From positions 259,428 through 283,427 of the forward strand of contig NC_000908.2 of assembly GCF_000027325.1 (NCBI RefSeq): a stretch of 24,000 nt of DNA, in the 5' to 3' direction. Position 1 is the stretch's first letter; every line of letters starts with the position of its first letter. Position numbers and translations under genes: made by a program. Origin of the DNA: Mycoplasmoides genitalium G37. GTDB lineage: Bacteria > Bacillota_I > Bacilli_A > Mycoplasmatales > Mycoplasmoidaceae. Below, one piece after another: positions 10,978 through 21,247 of this stretch. The notes below the pieces were generated by a model. It ran no database searches. It was not told the origin of the DNA and saw only the letters and a program-made list of their open reading frames with translations.

Positions 10978-12447
10978 ATGGGTCAAATCAATCGGAAGTT
11001 TAGCGAAAAGCAGTTCTTACTTTTTGTTGTTAACTATATTGCTGGATTTGGCTTTATTGCTACTGCTATCTCACTGTTTCGCTTAGGACCTTTTTCTTGG
11101 TTAATCTTTCTGCTTGTTAGCTTAGTTAGTTTAATTGTTACCTTATCATTCGCACGGCTTTCATCAATAGATAGTCAAAACTATGGTGGGCCTTATCTTT
11201 GGGCTAAGAAAGCGGTTGATAAAGAGAAGATAGCAGGGAGAATGTTTAGCTTTTTTACGGGGTGAAATAACTTTATCATTGGTCCTCTTTCAGCAGCAAC
11301 TGCACCACTTTTTATCCTCAATTCCTTTAGTGGTATTGATGGGATTAGAGGTAACTTAGTTAACACTTGAATCCTAATTGCAATAGGTTTTTCTTTTTAT
11401 GTATTACTAGCATTTATCTCAACCAAAGGAACCTCACTAAACAAGAAACTAATAGCACTATTTGCTTCAGTAAAGTGGATTGTGATCCTCTCAGCACTAA
11501 TAGTAGCAATCTATGTTATTGCTAGAGATGGTAATGGTTATAGTCAAAACAATAACTTAGAAAGTGGTTTTTTTGGGAGAAGAGAGATTAGTTTTGCACA
11601 GATAGCAACGGTATTTATTACCTTCTTTTATTCTTATGCAGGGGTTGAAGATATCTCAGTGATGACTCCTGATGTTAAAACTAATAACTTTAGAAAGATA
11701 TTAATTGTCTCTTTTATAGCAGTTTTCCTCTTTTATTTCATTGGGATTATTATTCTAAATGGTTTGCAAAACATTGCTCAAAGAGGTGGGGAAGCCAATT
11801 CAATTGGTAATGTAGCGGATATCTTTAAAAAAGCTGCTGGGCTTGGGACTTTAATCTTTTATGGAGTTGGAGCATTGTTTAACAATGTCTCAACCAGACT
11901 TTCAACTATTATTGCCAACTCCAGAAAGATTCTTCCGCTTGCTTATGATAACTATTTACCTAGTTTCTTTTACAAGCAAAACAAAAAAGGTGAGTTTCAG
12001 AATGCAATTTGGTTTACCTTTGGTACTACTTTAATTGCAATGACTTTGCTTGTCTTTATCCCTTTAGTTGCTTCTAACTTTGATTTTGATAATGCTACTG
12101 AGTATGCAGCATCTGTTGGCTCAGCTGCAACTTTGCTACAATATATTTTTGTTTTTTTTATAATCTTTAAGTTTATCTATAAAAAAGAACCACTCTACCA
12201 GAAAAAATGGGTTAAAACAACTGAAGAATTATTGTTTTGTTTAGGAACAATTGTCATTGTTTTAATGTTGTTGGTTTATCTGTTTCCTGTTATAGATGGA
12301 TTTTCAAAATGGGAAACTAAACACACATTAACAATTGTGTTATATGGGGTTTTAAGCCTGATAGGATTGGTACTTTTTTTGCTCCAAGAATACAAACATA
12401 AAAACAAGCAAAATGCAAACAAACAAACAACCCAAACAACAGTTTAG
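10978..12447 (+). CDS. Polytopic membrane permease, APC-superfamily-like putative amino acid/polyamine transporter (MG225), 489 aa
   Basis: ORFs 10978-11265 and 11482-12447 share one frame, joined through TGA at 11263-11265 and 11368-11370. Many hydrophobic segments. Paralogue of the next gene. Confidence 0.8.
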
Positions 12448-13891
12448 TGAAAAGCAATTCATTGCTTTTGTCTTTAACTATATTGCTGGATTTGGCTTTA
12501 TATCAGTGGTGATGACCATGTTTGATGTTGGGCCATTTTCCTATCTTGTTTTAGGGTTAACTTCGTTTGCTATTTTAGGAGTTGTGCTTTCTTTTTCTCG
12601 CCTTTCAGTTCTCTGTGGTAATAGTGCTTATGGAGGGAGTTATTTAATTGCTAAAAAAGCAGTTGGTACTAACAGTAAAACAAAAAGGTTTTTTGTTTTT
12701 TTAAGTGGGTGGAATGTATCGTTAACAGGATCTTTTAACGGTGTTGTTATTCCAGCAGTATTAATCTTTTCCTTTGCAGATATTCCAGTAGTTAAAGCGA
12801 ATAATAACATCATTATTGGCCTTTTAGTAGGTGGGTTTTTGTTGTTTGGCTTACTTACTTTTATCTCGTTATTTGGTTTAAAAATTAACAAGAAAGCAAT
12901 CTTTTATTTTGCTGTTATTAAGTGGATAGTAGTAATAGGTGGGTTTATCTTAGGGATCTATTTAATTGGTACTACCAATGGTAAAGGTTTTGTTGAAAAC
13001 AATTTAATTGGGACTAGGGAAAACATTGATTTTTTCAAGATTATCTTTATTAGTCTGGCTTTAACCATTGCTTTTGCAGGGACAGAGGATTTAGCTTCGA
13101 TTACTCCTGATGTCAAGTCAAATAACTTAAGAAAGTGTTTTTTAATTGCCTTTGGGTGTGTTGTGTTACTTTACCTAGTTGGGTTTGTTATTATCAGTGG
13201 ACTTGATGGGATTAGAGGTTATGGATTAGCATTAGGTAATAAAGATCCCAAGGCAATTAATAACTATGGATCTATCTACCGTTTGGTAGGAGGAGTTCCT
13301 TTACTTGTTATCTATGGACTTGGGTTACTTGTCAATTCCTTAGCATCACGCCTATCAATGACAATTACAACAGCTAGAAAATATGTAGCTTTAGCTCAAG
13401 ATGGGTTTTTACCCTCTTTTTTAGCAAAAACTAATAAACATAATGAGTATCATCATGCAGTTTTAATTAGTAATCTAATGACTTTATTAGTGATGCTAAT
13501 TATGGTAATAATCCCCTTTTTACCAGACCATAACAACAATAACAATAGTTTGTTTAATGCTATTGAACAGTTGGTTACAGTTACCATTGAAATGGCTGCA
13601 GCCATTTCTTTGATCCAATACTTTATTACCTTTATCTTCTTTTTTATGATCTTTGCTAAAAAGGAAAACCAGAAGTTAATTCCCTTGTGAGAAAAGGTTA
13701 GTTATGTAATTAGCTTTGCTTTGGTAAGTGTGTTGTTGTTTGTACCACTTTTCCCTTTTAATCAGTGAACAGTGTTTAACACCTTTAAGATAGTTGTTCT
13801 AATTTGTTTTTATCTACTTGGTGTTGGTTTTTTTGGTTATGCTGAATGGAAAAATAAAAACAAATACCAATTAATGAATAACAATAGCTAA
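12413..13891 (+). CDS. Paralogous APC-like membrane permease (MG226), 492 aa
   Basis: ORF 12413-13690 continues through TGA at 13688-13690 and 13766-13768 to TAA at 13889-13891. The N-terminus [20 protein letters not shown] parallels [20 protein letters not shown] of MG225. The shared motifs AGxEDxSxxTPDVKxNNxRK and LPSF are colinear in both. Confidence 0.8.
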
Positions 13892-13892
13892 T

Positions 13893-14290
13893 CTACAGTT
13901 CATTAAGCGAAATTGCTTTTGAATCGGCAACAACAAACCCTTCTCCAACTCCCCCTCCCCTTCAACTTCCGCTTCCTCTTCTACCCCCCTCCCCACTTTT
14001 TCTAACATCAATGTTGGGGTTAAATCAATGATCACTCAACATTTAAATAAAGAAAACACCCGGTGGGTGTTTATACCTAACTTTTCACCTGACATCTGAA
14101 CAGGAGCAGGGTATCGCAAACAAGGTAACAATAATGGCATCTCCTTGACCAGGTGAAACCTAGTAGTAGTAGCAACACGTTTAATCCCAATTCTTCTGAT
14201 AATAAAGTCACTCAAGGTGGTGGCTCCCCAGCCAAAAAAACAACCACCTATCCTGCTTTACCAAACTCCATCAGTCCCACCAGTGACTGT
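13893..14290 (+). repeat. MgPar: non-expressed partial copy of the MgPa adhesin gene mgpB (MG191); boundaries approximate
   Basis: Frame 0 translates to SSTPLPTFSNINVGVKSMITQHLNKENTRWVFIPNFSPDIWTGAGYR. After a frame change, frame 2 translates to VKPSSSSNTFNPNSSDNKVTQGGGSPAKKTTTYPALPNSISPTSD. I recognise both from memory as MgPa/P140 sequence. The segment is locally GC- and C-rich in an AT-rich intergenic gap, and has no start codon or promoter context. Confidence 0.8.
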
Positions 14291-14362
14291 TAAAATGTTT
14301 ATTAAAAAAACAAAATAAAAAGCGGTTTTATACAATGTATAACCTGTCTAAAAGACAATTTC

Positions 14363-15226
14363 ATGAAACAGTATTTAGATTTAGCTAGTTATGTTTTAGC
14401 AAATGGTAAAAAAAGAAAAAACCGTACAGATACAGATACTTTAAGTGTCTTTGGTTACCAGATGAAATTTGACCTTACTAATAGTTTTCCTTTATTGACA
14501 ACTAAAAAGGTTAATTGGAAGGCAATTGTCCATGAATTGTTGTGATTTATTAAGGGTGATACCAACATTAAGTACTTAGTTGATAATGGGGTGAACATCT
14601 GAAATGAATGACCATATGAAAACTTTAAAAAATCACCAAGTTTTCAAAACGAAACACTCCAAGAATTTATCTTAAAGGTTAAAACTGATAATGAGTTTGC
14701 TAAACAATTTGCTGATTTGGGTCCTGTTTATGGCAAGCAATGACGTAATTTTAATGGTGTTGATCAACTCAAAAAAGTCATCCAAGAGATTAAAGAAAAT
14801 CCCAACTCAAGAAGGCTAATTGTCTCAAGCTGAAACCCTAGTGAATTGGAAAAAATGGCATTGGCTCCTTGTCATTCACTCTTTCAGTTCTATGTTGAAG
14901 AAGATAAACTAAGCTTACAGCTTTACCAGCGCAGCGGTGATATCTTTCTTGGTGTCCCATTTAACATTGCATCTTACGCCTTACTTGTGTATTTAGTTGC
15001 TCATGAAACTAAGTTAAAACCTGGTTATTTTATCCATACACTAGGAGATGCACATATCTATGAAAACCACATTGAACAAATTAAATTACAACTAACAAGA
15101 ACAACCCTAGACCCCCCTCAAGTGGTTTTGAAAAGTGATAAATCAATCTTTGCTTATAGTTTTGATGATATTGAGTTAGTTGGTTATAATTACCATCCAT
15201 TTATCTATGGGAGGGTTGCAGTTTAA
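14363..15226 (+). CDS. thyA: Thymidylate synthase ThyA (MG227), 287 aa
   Basis: ORFs 14363-14545 and 14846-15226 share one frame, bridged by five in-frame TGA codons. Each falls at a conserved ThyA Trp: [22 protein letters not shown] and RRLIVSSWNP. The catalytic ALAPCH motif is present. Confidence 0.95.
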
Positions 15227-15708
15227 TGCTAATTGCTATCTGAGCGATGACACAAGAAGGACTAATAGGTAATAACAACACTTTACCTTGGATGATTAAA
15301 CAAGAGCTAGCTCACTTTAAAAAAACTACGTTATTTCAAGCTTTGTTAATGGGGAGAAAAACTTACGAATCACTCCCCAAGGTATTTGAAAAAAGAACAA
15401 TATTTCTCCTTTCAAAAGATCAAAACTACCGTTTTGAAGAAAAGGGAAGTGAAGTGAAAGTTATTAATGATTTTTGACCACTAATTAAAAGTTACCAAGC
15501 AAATAAAGAAAAGGATTTGTTTATTTGTGGTGGAAAAAGTGTGTATGAACAGACCATTAATGAATGTGATCAGTTAATTGTTTCAATCATTAAAAAGAAG
15601 TATAAGGGTGATCAGTTTTTGAAGGTTGATCTCAGTAAATTTGTACTTAATGAAGTTGTAGAGTTTGAGGAATTTAATGTTAATTATTATAGAAAGAAAC
15701 AACAATAA
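15226..15708 (+). CDS. folA: Dihydrofolate reductase (MG228), 160 aa
   Basis: The ATG overlaps the thyA stop (TAATG). Starts MLIAIWAMTQEGLIGNNNTLPW, with LMGRKTYESLP and a GG motif. Fragments 15247-15477 and 15517-15708 share one frame, joined by TGA at 15241-15243 and 15475-15477. Confidence 0.92.
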
Positions 15709-15713
15709 GAGAT

Positions 15714-16736
15714 ATGGCAGCTAACAATAAAAAGTACTTTTTAGAATCATTTTCCCCACTTGGGTATGTAAAGAATAATTTTCAGGGCAACTTACGTTCT
15801 GTAAACTGGAATTTGGTTGATGATGAGAAGGATTTGGAAGTGTGAAACAGGATTGTTCAGAACTTTTGGTTACCTGAAAAGATCCCTGTATCCAATGACA
15901 TCCCCTCATGAAAGAAACTCTCAAAGGATTGACAGGATCTGATCACTAAGACCTTTACTGGTTTAACACTACTTGATACTATCCAAGCTACCATTGGTGA
16001 CATCTGTCAAATTGATCATGCTCTAACTGATCATGAGCAGGTTATTTATGCAAACTTTGCTTTTATGGTAGGGGTACATGCCCGTTCCTATGGAACGATC
16101 TTCTCAACTTTATGTACATCAGAACAGATTAACGCTGCTCATGAGTGGGTTGTAAACACTGAAAGTCTCCAGAAAAGAGCAAAGGCATTAATCCCTTACT
16201 ATACGGGCAATGACCCGTTAAAATCAAAGGTAGCAGCAGCTTTAATGCCTGGGTTTTTACTGTATGGTGGGTTTTATTTGCCTTTTTACTTGTCATCAAG
16301 AAAACAACTACCAAATACATCTGATATTATCCGCTTAATCCTTCGTGATAAAGTGATCCATAACTATTACAGTGGTTATAAATACCAACGTAAACTAGAA
16401 AAACTCCCTTTAGCAAAACAAAAGGAGATGAAAGCATTTGTTTTTGAACTAATGTATCGGTTAATTGAACTTGAAAAGGACTATTTAAAAGAGCTTTATG
16501 AAGGGTTTGGAATTGTTGATGATGCCATTAAGTTCAGTGTTTACAATGCTGGTAAGTTTTTACAGAACTTAGGTTATGACTCCCCGTTTACTGCAGCAGA
16601 AACCAGGATTAAACCAGAGATTTTTGCCCAACTATCAGCACGTGCTGATGAAAACCATGACTTTTTCTCAGGAAACGGTTCGTCGTATGTGATGGGAGTT
16701 AGTGAAGAGACAAATGATGATGATTGGAACTTTTAA
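15714..16736 (+). CDS. nrdF: Ribonucleotide reductase small subunit NrdF (MG229), 340 aa, with the VPK metal-ligand substitutions
   Basis: ATG 15714. The N-terminal third, absent from the track, reads through three in-frame TGA codons in my hand translation (e.g. 15841-15843) into ORF 16065-16736. Contains DLEVWNRIVQNFWLPEKIP, FTGLTLLDT, FMVGVHARSY, IRLILRDKVIHNYY and the C-terminal NHDFFSGNGSSYVMG...DDDWNF. Confidence 0.95.
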
Positions 16737-16739
16737 GTT

Positions 16740-17201
16740 ATGCATAAAGATATCAAACTAGTTAAGGAAACTGAAATTAGAAAACCAATTGGTTCTCCTT
16801 TTATTGTCTATTTTTCATCTATCTCCAACAACACCCACCGTTTTATTGAAAAACTGGGTTTTCAACACAAAAGAATCCCAGTTGATATAACCCAAAGCAT
16901 TACTGTAAGTAATGAGTATGTTTTAATCTGTCCAACTTATAGTGGTGGGGGTAACCAGGTTGAAGGAGCGGTACCCAAGCAAGTTATCCAGTTTTTAAAT
17001 AACAAGCATAACAGGGAGTTATGCAGAGGAGTTATTGCATCTGGTAACACTAATTTTGGAGATACTTTTTGTCTTGCAGGAACTGTTATTTCCAAAAAAC
17101 TAAACGTCCCTTTGTTGTATCAGTTTGAACTTTTGGGAACAAAAAATGATGTAGAACAAACCCAAAAAATAATTGCCAATTTCTTTCAAAACAGCAACTA
17201 G
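16740..17201 (+). CDS. nrdI: Flavodoxin-like RNR activator NrdI (MG230), 153 aa
   Basis: Contains IVYFSSISNNTHRF, PTYSGGG and GNTNFGDTF motifs. Lies between nrdF and nrdE. Confidence 0.92.
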   Translation: MHKDIKLVKETEIRKPIGSPFIVYFSSISNNTHRFIEKLGFQHKRIPVDITQSITVSNEYVLICPTYSGGGNQVEGAVPKQVIQFLNNKHNRELCRGVIASGNTNFGDTFCLAGTVISKKLNVPLLYQFELLGTKNDVEQTQKIIANFFQNSN

Positions 17202-17219
17202 TATTTATAGTTATCCACT

Positions 17220-19385
17220 ATGACATCCAAAGAAAAAATCCCTACTTTTAATACTGAAGAAGATGTTGAAAGTTACATTTCTTTTAATGCCCAAGCCAAA
17301 ATCTATGATGATTTTGCAATCGATTTACAAGCAGTTGAAAGCTATATTCAAGAGCATGTAAAACCCAAAACTAAGGTCTTTCATTCCACCAAAGAACGCC
17401 TTGATTTTCTGATTAAGAACGATTATTATGATGAGAAGATCATCAACATGTACAGTTTTGAACAGTTTGAAGAGATCACCCATAAAGCATATTCATACCG
17501 CTTTCGTTATGCTAACTTCATGGGAGCATTTAAGTTCTATAATGCCTATGCTTTAAAGACATTTGATGGTAAGTACTACTTGGAAAACTATGAGGATAGG
17601 GTGGTGATGAATGTATTGATGTTAGCTAATGGTAACTTCAATAAGGCATTAAAACTCTTAAAACAGATTATCCTTAACCGTTTTCAACCAGCAACCCCTA
17701 CCTTTCTTAATGCTGGTAGAAAGAAACGTGGTGAATTTGTTTCATGTTACCTGTTAAGGATTGAAGATAACATGGAATCAATAGGTAGAGCGATAACAAC
17801 TACACTACAACTATCAAAACGTGATGGGGGAGTAGCACTTTTGCTTTCCAACTTACGTGAAGCGGGAGCGCCCATCAAAAAGATAGAAAACCAATCATCA
17901 GGGATTATCCCAATTATGAAATTGTTAGAGGACTCTTTTTCCTATTCCAACCAACTTGGACAAAGACAAGGAGCGGGAGCGGTGTATCTCCATTGTCACC
18001 ATCCTGATGTTATGCAGTTTTTAGATACTAAAAGGGAAAATGCTGATGAGAAGATCAGAATTAAATCACTCTCCTTAGGACTTGTGATTCCAGATATCAC
18101 CTTCCAATTAGCAAAAAATAACGAGATGATGGCACTTTTCAGTCCATATGATATCTATCAGGAGTATGGTAAGGCTTTATCTGATATCTCAGTAACTGAG
18201 ATGTATTATGAATTGCTTGAAAACCAACGCATTAAAAAGACCTTTATTAGTGCTAGAAAGTTCTTTCAAACAATTGCTGAACTCCACTTTGAAAGTGGTT
18301 ATCCCTACATCTTGTTTGATGATACAGTTAACAGGAGAAATGCCCACAAAAACAGGATAGTAATGTCTAACCTTTGCAGTGAAATTGTCCAACCATCTTT
18401 ACCTTCTGAATTCTATTCAGACCTTACTTTTAAAAAGGTAGGTAGTGATATTAGCTGTAACTTGGGGAGTTTAAATATTGCTAGAGCAATGGAAAGTGGT
18501 AGTGAGTTAGCTGAATTGATTCAACTAGCAATTGAATCACTGGATTTAGTGTCAAGGATCAGTAGTTTAGAAACCGCTCCTTCCATTAAAAAAGGTAATT
18601 CAGAAAACCATGCGTTGGGATTAGGAGCGATGAACTTACATGGATTTTTAGCAACAAATGCTATCTATTATGATTCAAAGGAAGCGGTTGATTTTACTAA
18701 CATCTTTTTTTATACAGTAGCATACCATGCGTTTAGTGCTTCCAATAAATTAGCATTGGAACTAGGTAAATTTAAAGACTTTGAAAATACTAAATTTGCT
18801 GATGGTAGTTACTTTGATAAGTACACTAAGGTAGCTAGTGACTTTTGAACATGTAAAACAGAAAAAGTTCAAGCCCTTTTTGATAAATACCAAGTAAAAA
18901 TTCCAACTCAGGAAAATTGGAAGCAATTGGTAGCAAGTATCCAAAAAGATGGACTTGCAAACTCCCATTTAATGGCTATTGCCCCAACTGGATCTATCTC
19001 ATATCTCTCTTCATGTACCCCTTCACTTCAACCAGTAGTATCTCCTGTTGAAGTGAGAAAAGAAGGGAAGTTAGGACGGATTTATGTCCCTGCTTATAAG
19101 CTTGATAATGATAACTATCAGTACTTTAAAGATGGTGCTTATGAACTGGGCTTTGAACCTATTATTAACATAGTAGCAGCAGCCCAACAACATGTTGATC
19201 AAGCAATCTCTTTAACCTTGTTTATGACTGATAAAGCTACCACCAGAGATCTCAATAAAGCTTATATTTATGCTTTTAAAAAGGGTTGTAGTTCTATCTA
19301 TTATGTCAGAGTAAGACAAGATGTTTTAAAAGATAGTGAAGATCACACTATTAAAATCAAGGATTGTGAGGTTTGTTCTATCTAA
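17220..19385 (+). CDS. nrdE: Ribonucleotide reductase class I large subunit NrdE (MG231), 721 aa
   Basis: ORFs 17220-18848 and 18927-19385 share one frame, joined through TGA at 18846-18848. Contains [20 protein letters not shown] and CNLGSLN, with C-terminal Tyr-Tyr and Cys pairs (YYVRV, CEVCSI). Confidence 0.95.
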
Positions 19386-19477
19386 CTATTAAAGCAGTTA
19401 GAATTTGTTAGAATTACTTGTTTTAAAACTATCTTAATCCCTAATATATAAATTAGAAAGGCAACGGTTTTGAGAAG

Positions 19478-19780
19478 ATGCATGCTATTGTGGTTTGTGG
19501 TGCTAAGCAGTATTTAGTCCATGAAAACGAGTCTATTTTTGTTGAAAAATTAGCTGGTAAAGTTGGTCAGGAGATCCAACTTGATAAGGTATTGATGCTT
19601 GATGAAAAGATAGGCAAACCTTACCTTGAAAAAGCTAAGGTTGTTTGTGTGATTGAAAAACACGGTTTAAAATCGAAAATTAAACTAATTAAACACATCT
19701 CCCAAAAACACCACCTCAAGCGTTATGGCCACCGTCAACCCTACACCAAACTAAAAGTGGTACGCTTTATCCATGATTAA
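19478..19780 (+). CDS. rplU: Ribosomal protein bL21 (MG232)
   Basis: 100-aa protein starting MHAIVVCGAKQYLVHENESIFVEKL, with C-terminal GHRQPYTKLKV. First gene of the rplU-prp-rpmA operon. Confidence 0.93.
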   Translation: MHAIVVCGAKQYLVHENESIFVEKLAGKVGQEIQLDKVLMLDEKIGKPYLEKAKVVCVIEKHGLKSKIKLIKHISQKHHLKRYGHRQPYTKLKVVRFIHD

Positions 19781-20072
19781 GATTAATATCTCCCAAAACT
19801 TTCTAGTTGCAAAAGGTCATGCTTTGTTTGCTGAGAAGGGTAAGGACATAGTTTGTGCTGCAATTAGTGGAATTATCTTTGGGGGGGTGGCTTGGTTTGA
19901 ACCTGATAAGATTGAATTTACTGAAAATAAATTAGTACCTAGTATAGCACTGAAACTCATTGACCCAACCCCTAATGTAGCAGTTGCTTTTAGTGTTATT
20001 ACAGTACAATTAAAAGCAATAGCCAATTCCTATCCTAATCACATAGTTATCAATGAAGAGAGTTATGAGTAA
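19773..20072 (+). CDS. prp: Ribosomal-processing cysteine protease Prp (YsxB family, MG233)
   Basis: 99-aa ORF between rplU and rpmA, overlapping rplU by 8 nt. Contains KGHA...DIVCAAISG, the His/Cys catalytic dyad context. Confidence 0.85.
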
Positions 20073-20379
20073 AAACAGTTACTGCTACCAAATTAACTTA
20101 CAGTTTTTCGCTTCCAAAAAAGGGGTTGGTTCCACTAAGAATGGACGTGATTCACATTCTAAGCGCTTGGGCGCTAAGAAGGCAGATGGTCAGATGATTA
20201 GAGTTGGTCAGATTATCTATAGACAAAGGGGAACTAAGATCTTTGCAGGACAAAATGTTGCAATGGGTAGTGATAACACCCTCTTTGCTTTGAGCGATGG
20301 CATTGTCCGCTTTCAAAAGTTTGGTAGTAAACAAAGCAAAACCCGGGTTAACATCATCAAACACCAACTAAATGCCTAA
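20065..20379 (+). CDS. rpmA: Ribosomal protein bL27 with an N-terminal propeptide (MG234); alternative start ATG 20053
   Basis: Contains [26 protein letters not shown]. The mature L27 N-terminus ASKKG is preceded by the Prp cleavage motif. The choice between ATG 20053 (108 aa) and ATG 20065 (104 aa) is uncertain. Confidence 0.88.
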
Positions 20380-21247
20380 GCTACTGGGTAGCTTTATTAG
20401 CTTTAAAGCCCCCAATTACTTTGTTCAAAGTGCTCAGGATGCAATTGCTATTGATGCAACTGCTCTAATGGTATTTTTAGGTCCACCCCATTCTGCTTAC
20501 CGTGTTCCTTTTAACAAGATGCAGTTTAGTTTGGGCTATGAGTTGTTAAAAACAAAGAATATTAATAGTAATGGTTTGGTTGTTCATGCTCCATATATCA
20601 TTAACTGTGCATCAAAAGACCCACTAAAACAGCAGAATGCTATCAGTGTTTTAACCAATGAGATTCAGCTTTGTAACTTGGCTGGTGCTCACTATTTAGT
20701 TTTGCATCCAGGTTCTGCAGTAGCCCAAACAACCAACGAAGCATTAGATAACCTGGTTAAAGTACTCAATCAAGTTATCAATAAAACCAAAACAACAGTT
20801 ATTTGCCTTGAAACAATGGCTGGTAAGGGTAATGAGATAGGCAGAGACTTAACTGAGTTGAAATATGTTATTGACAGGATCGTTGATAAAGATAGGATCG
20901 GGGTTTGTCTTGATACCTGTCACTTCCATGATAGTGGGATTGACTTTAGTGATCTAACTGGTGTTTTTAACACCATTACAACTAAACTTGGTTTTGAGTT
21001 TCTCAAAGTAATCCATTTAAATGAATCTAAAAATAATTGTGGTTCTAAAAAAGATAGGCATGCTAATATCAATGCTGGGATGATTGGTTTTGAGAACTTA
21101 ATGAAGTTCATTAGTCACCCCCAAATTAAGGATTTACCTATTATCTTAGAAACCCCTTCAACTAGTTTAAACTACCCAACTATTTACCGTGAAGAGATTA
21201 GTCAAATCCGCAGCTGATTTAAAACTTACCAACCAGATGCTAACTAG
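20372..21247 (+). CDS. nfo: Endonuclease IV (MG235), 291 aa
   Basis: Contains HAPYIIN, LVLHPGS, CLDTCH and HLNES metal-ligand motifs. Track ORF 20372-21217 reads through TGA at 21215-21217 to TAG at 21245-21247. Confidence 0.92.

Noticed and set aside
14028-14318. A table-4 ORF of 96 codons starting at an ATG inside the MgPar.
   Set aside because: It is adhesin-derived only in its first third, then continues out of frame relative to mgpB into junk sequence. It has no promoter or RBS context and is best treated as a non-expressed repeat.
15721-15924. A 67-aa minus-strand ORF in the apparent gap before track ORF 16065.
   Set aside because: The gap is the N-terminal third of nrdF, hidden by three in-frame TGA Trp codons. 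That + strand reading matches conserved NrdF sequence (DLEVWNRIVQNFWLPEKIP).
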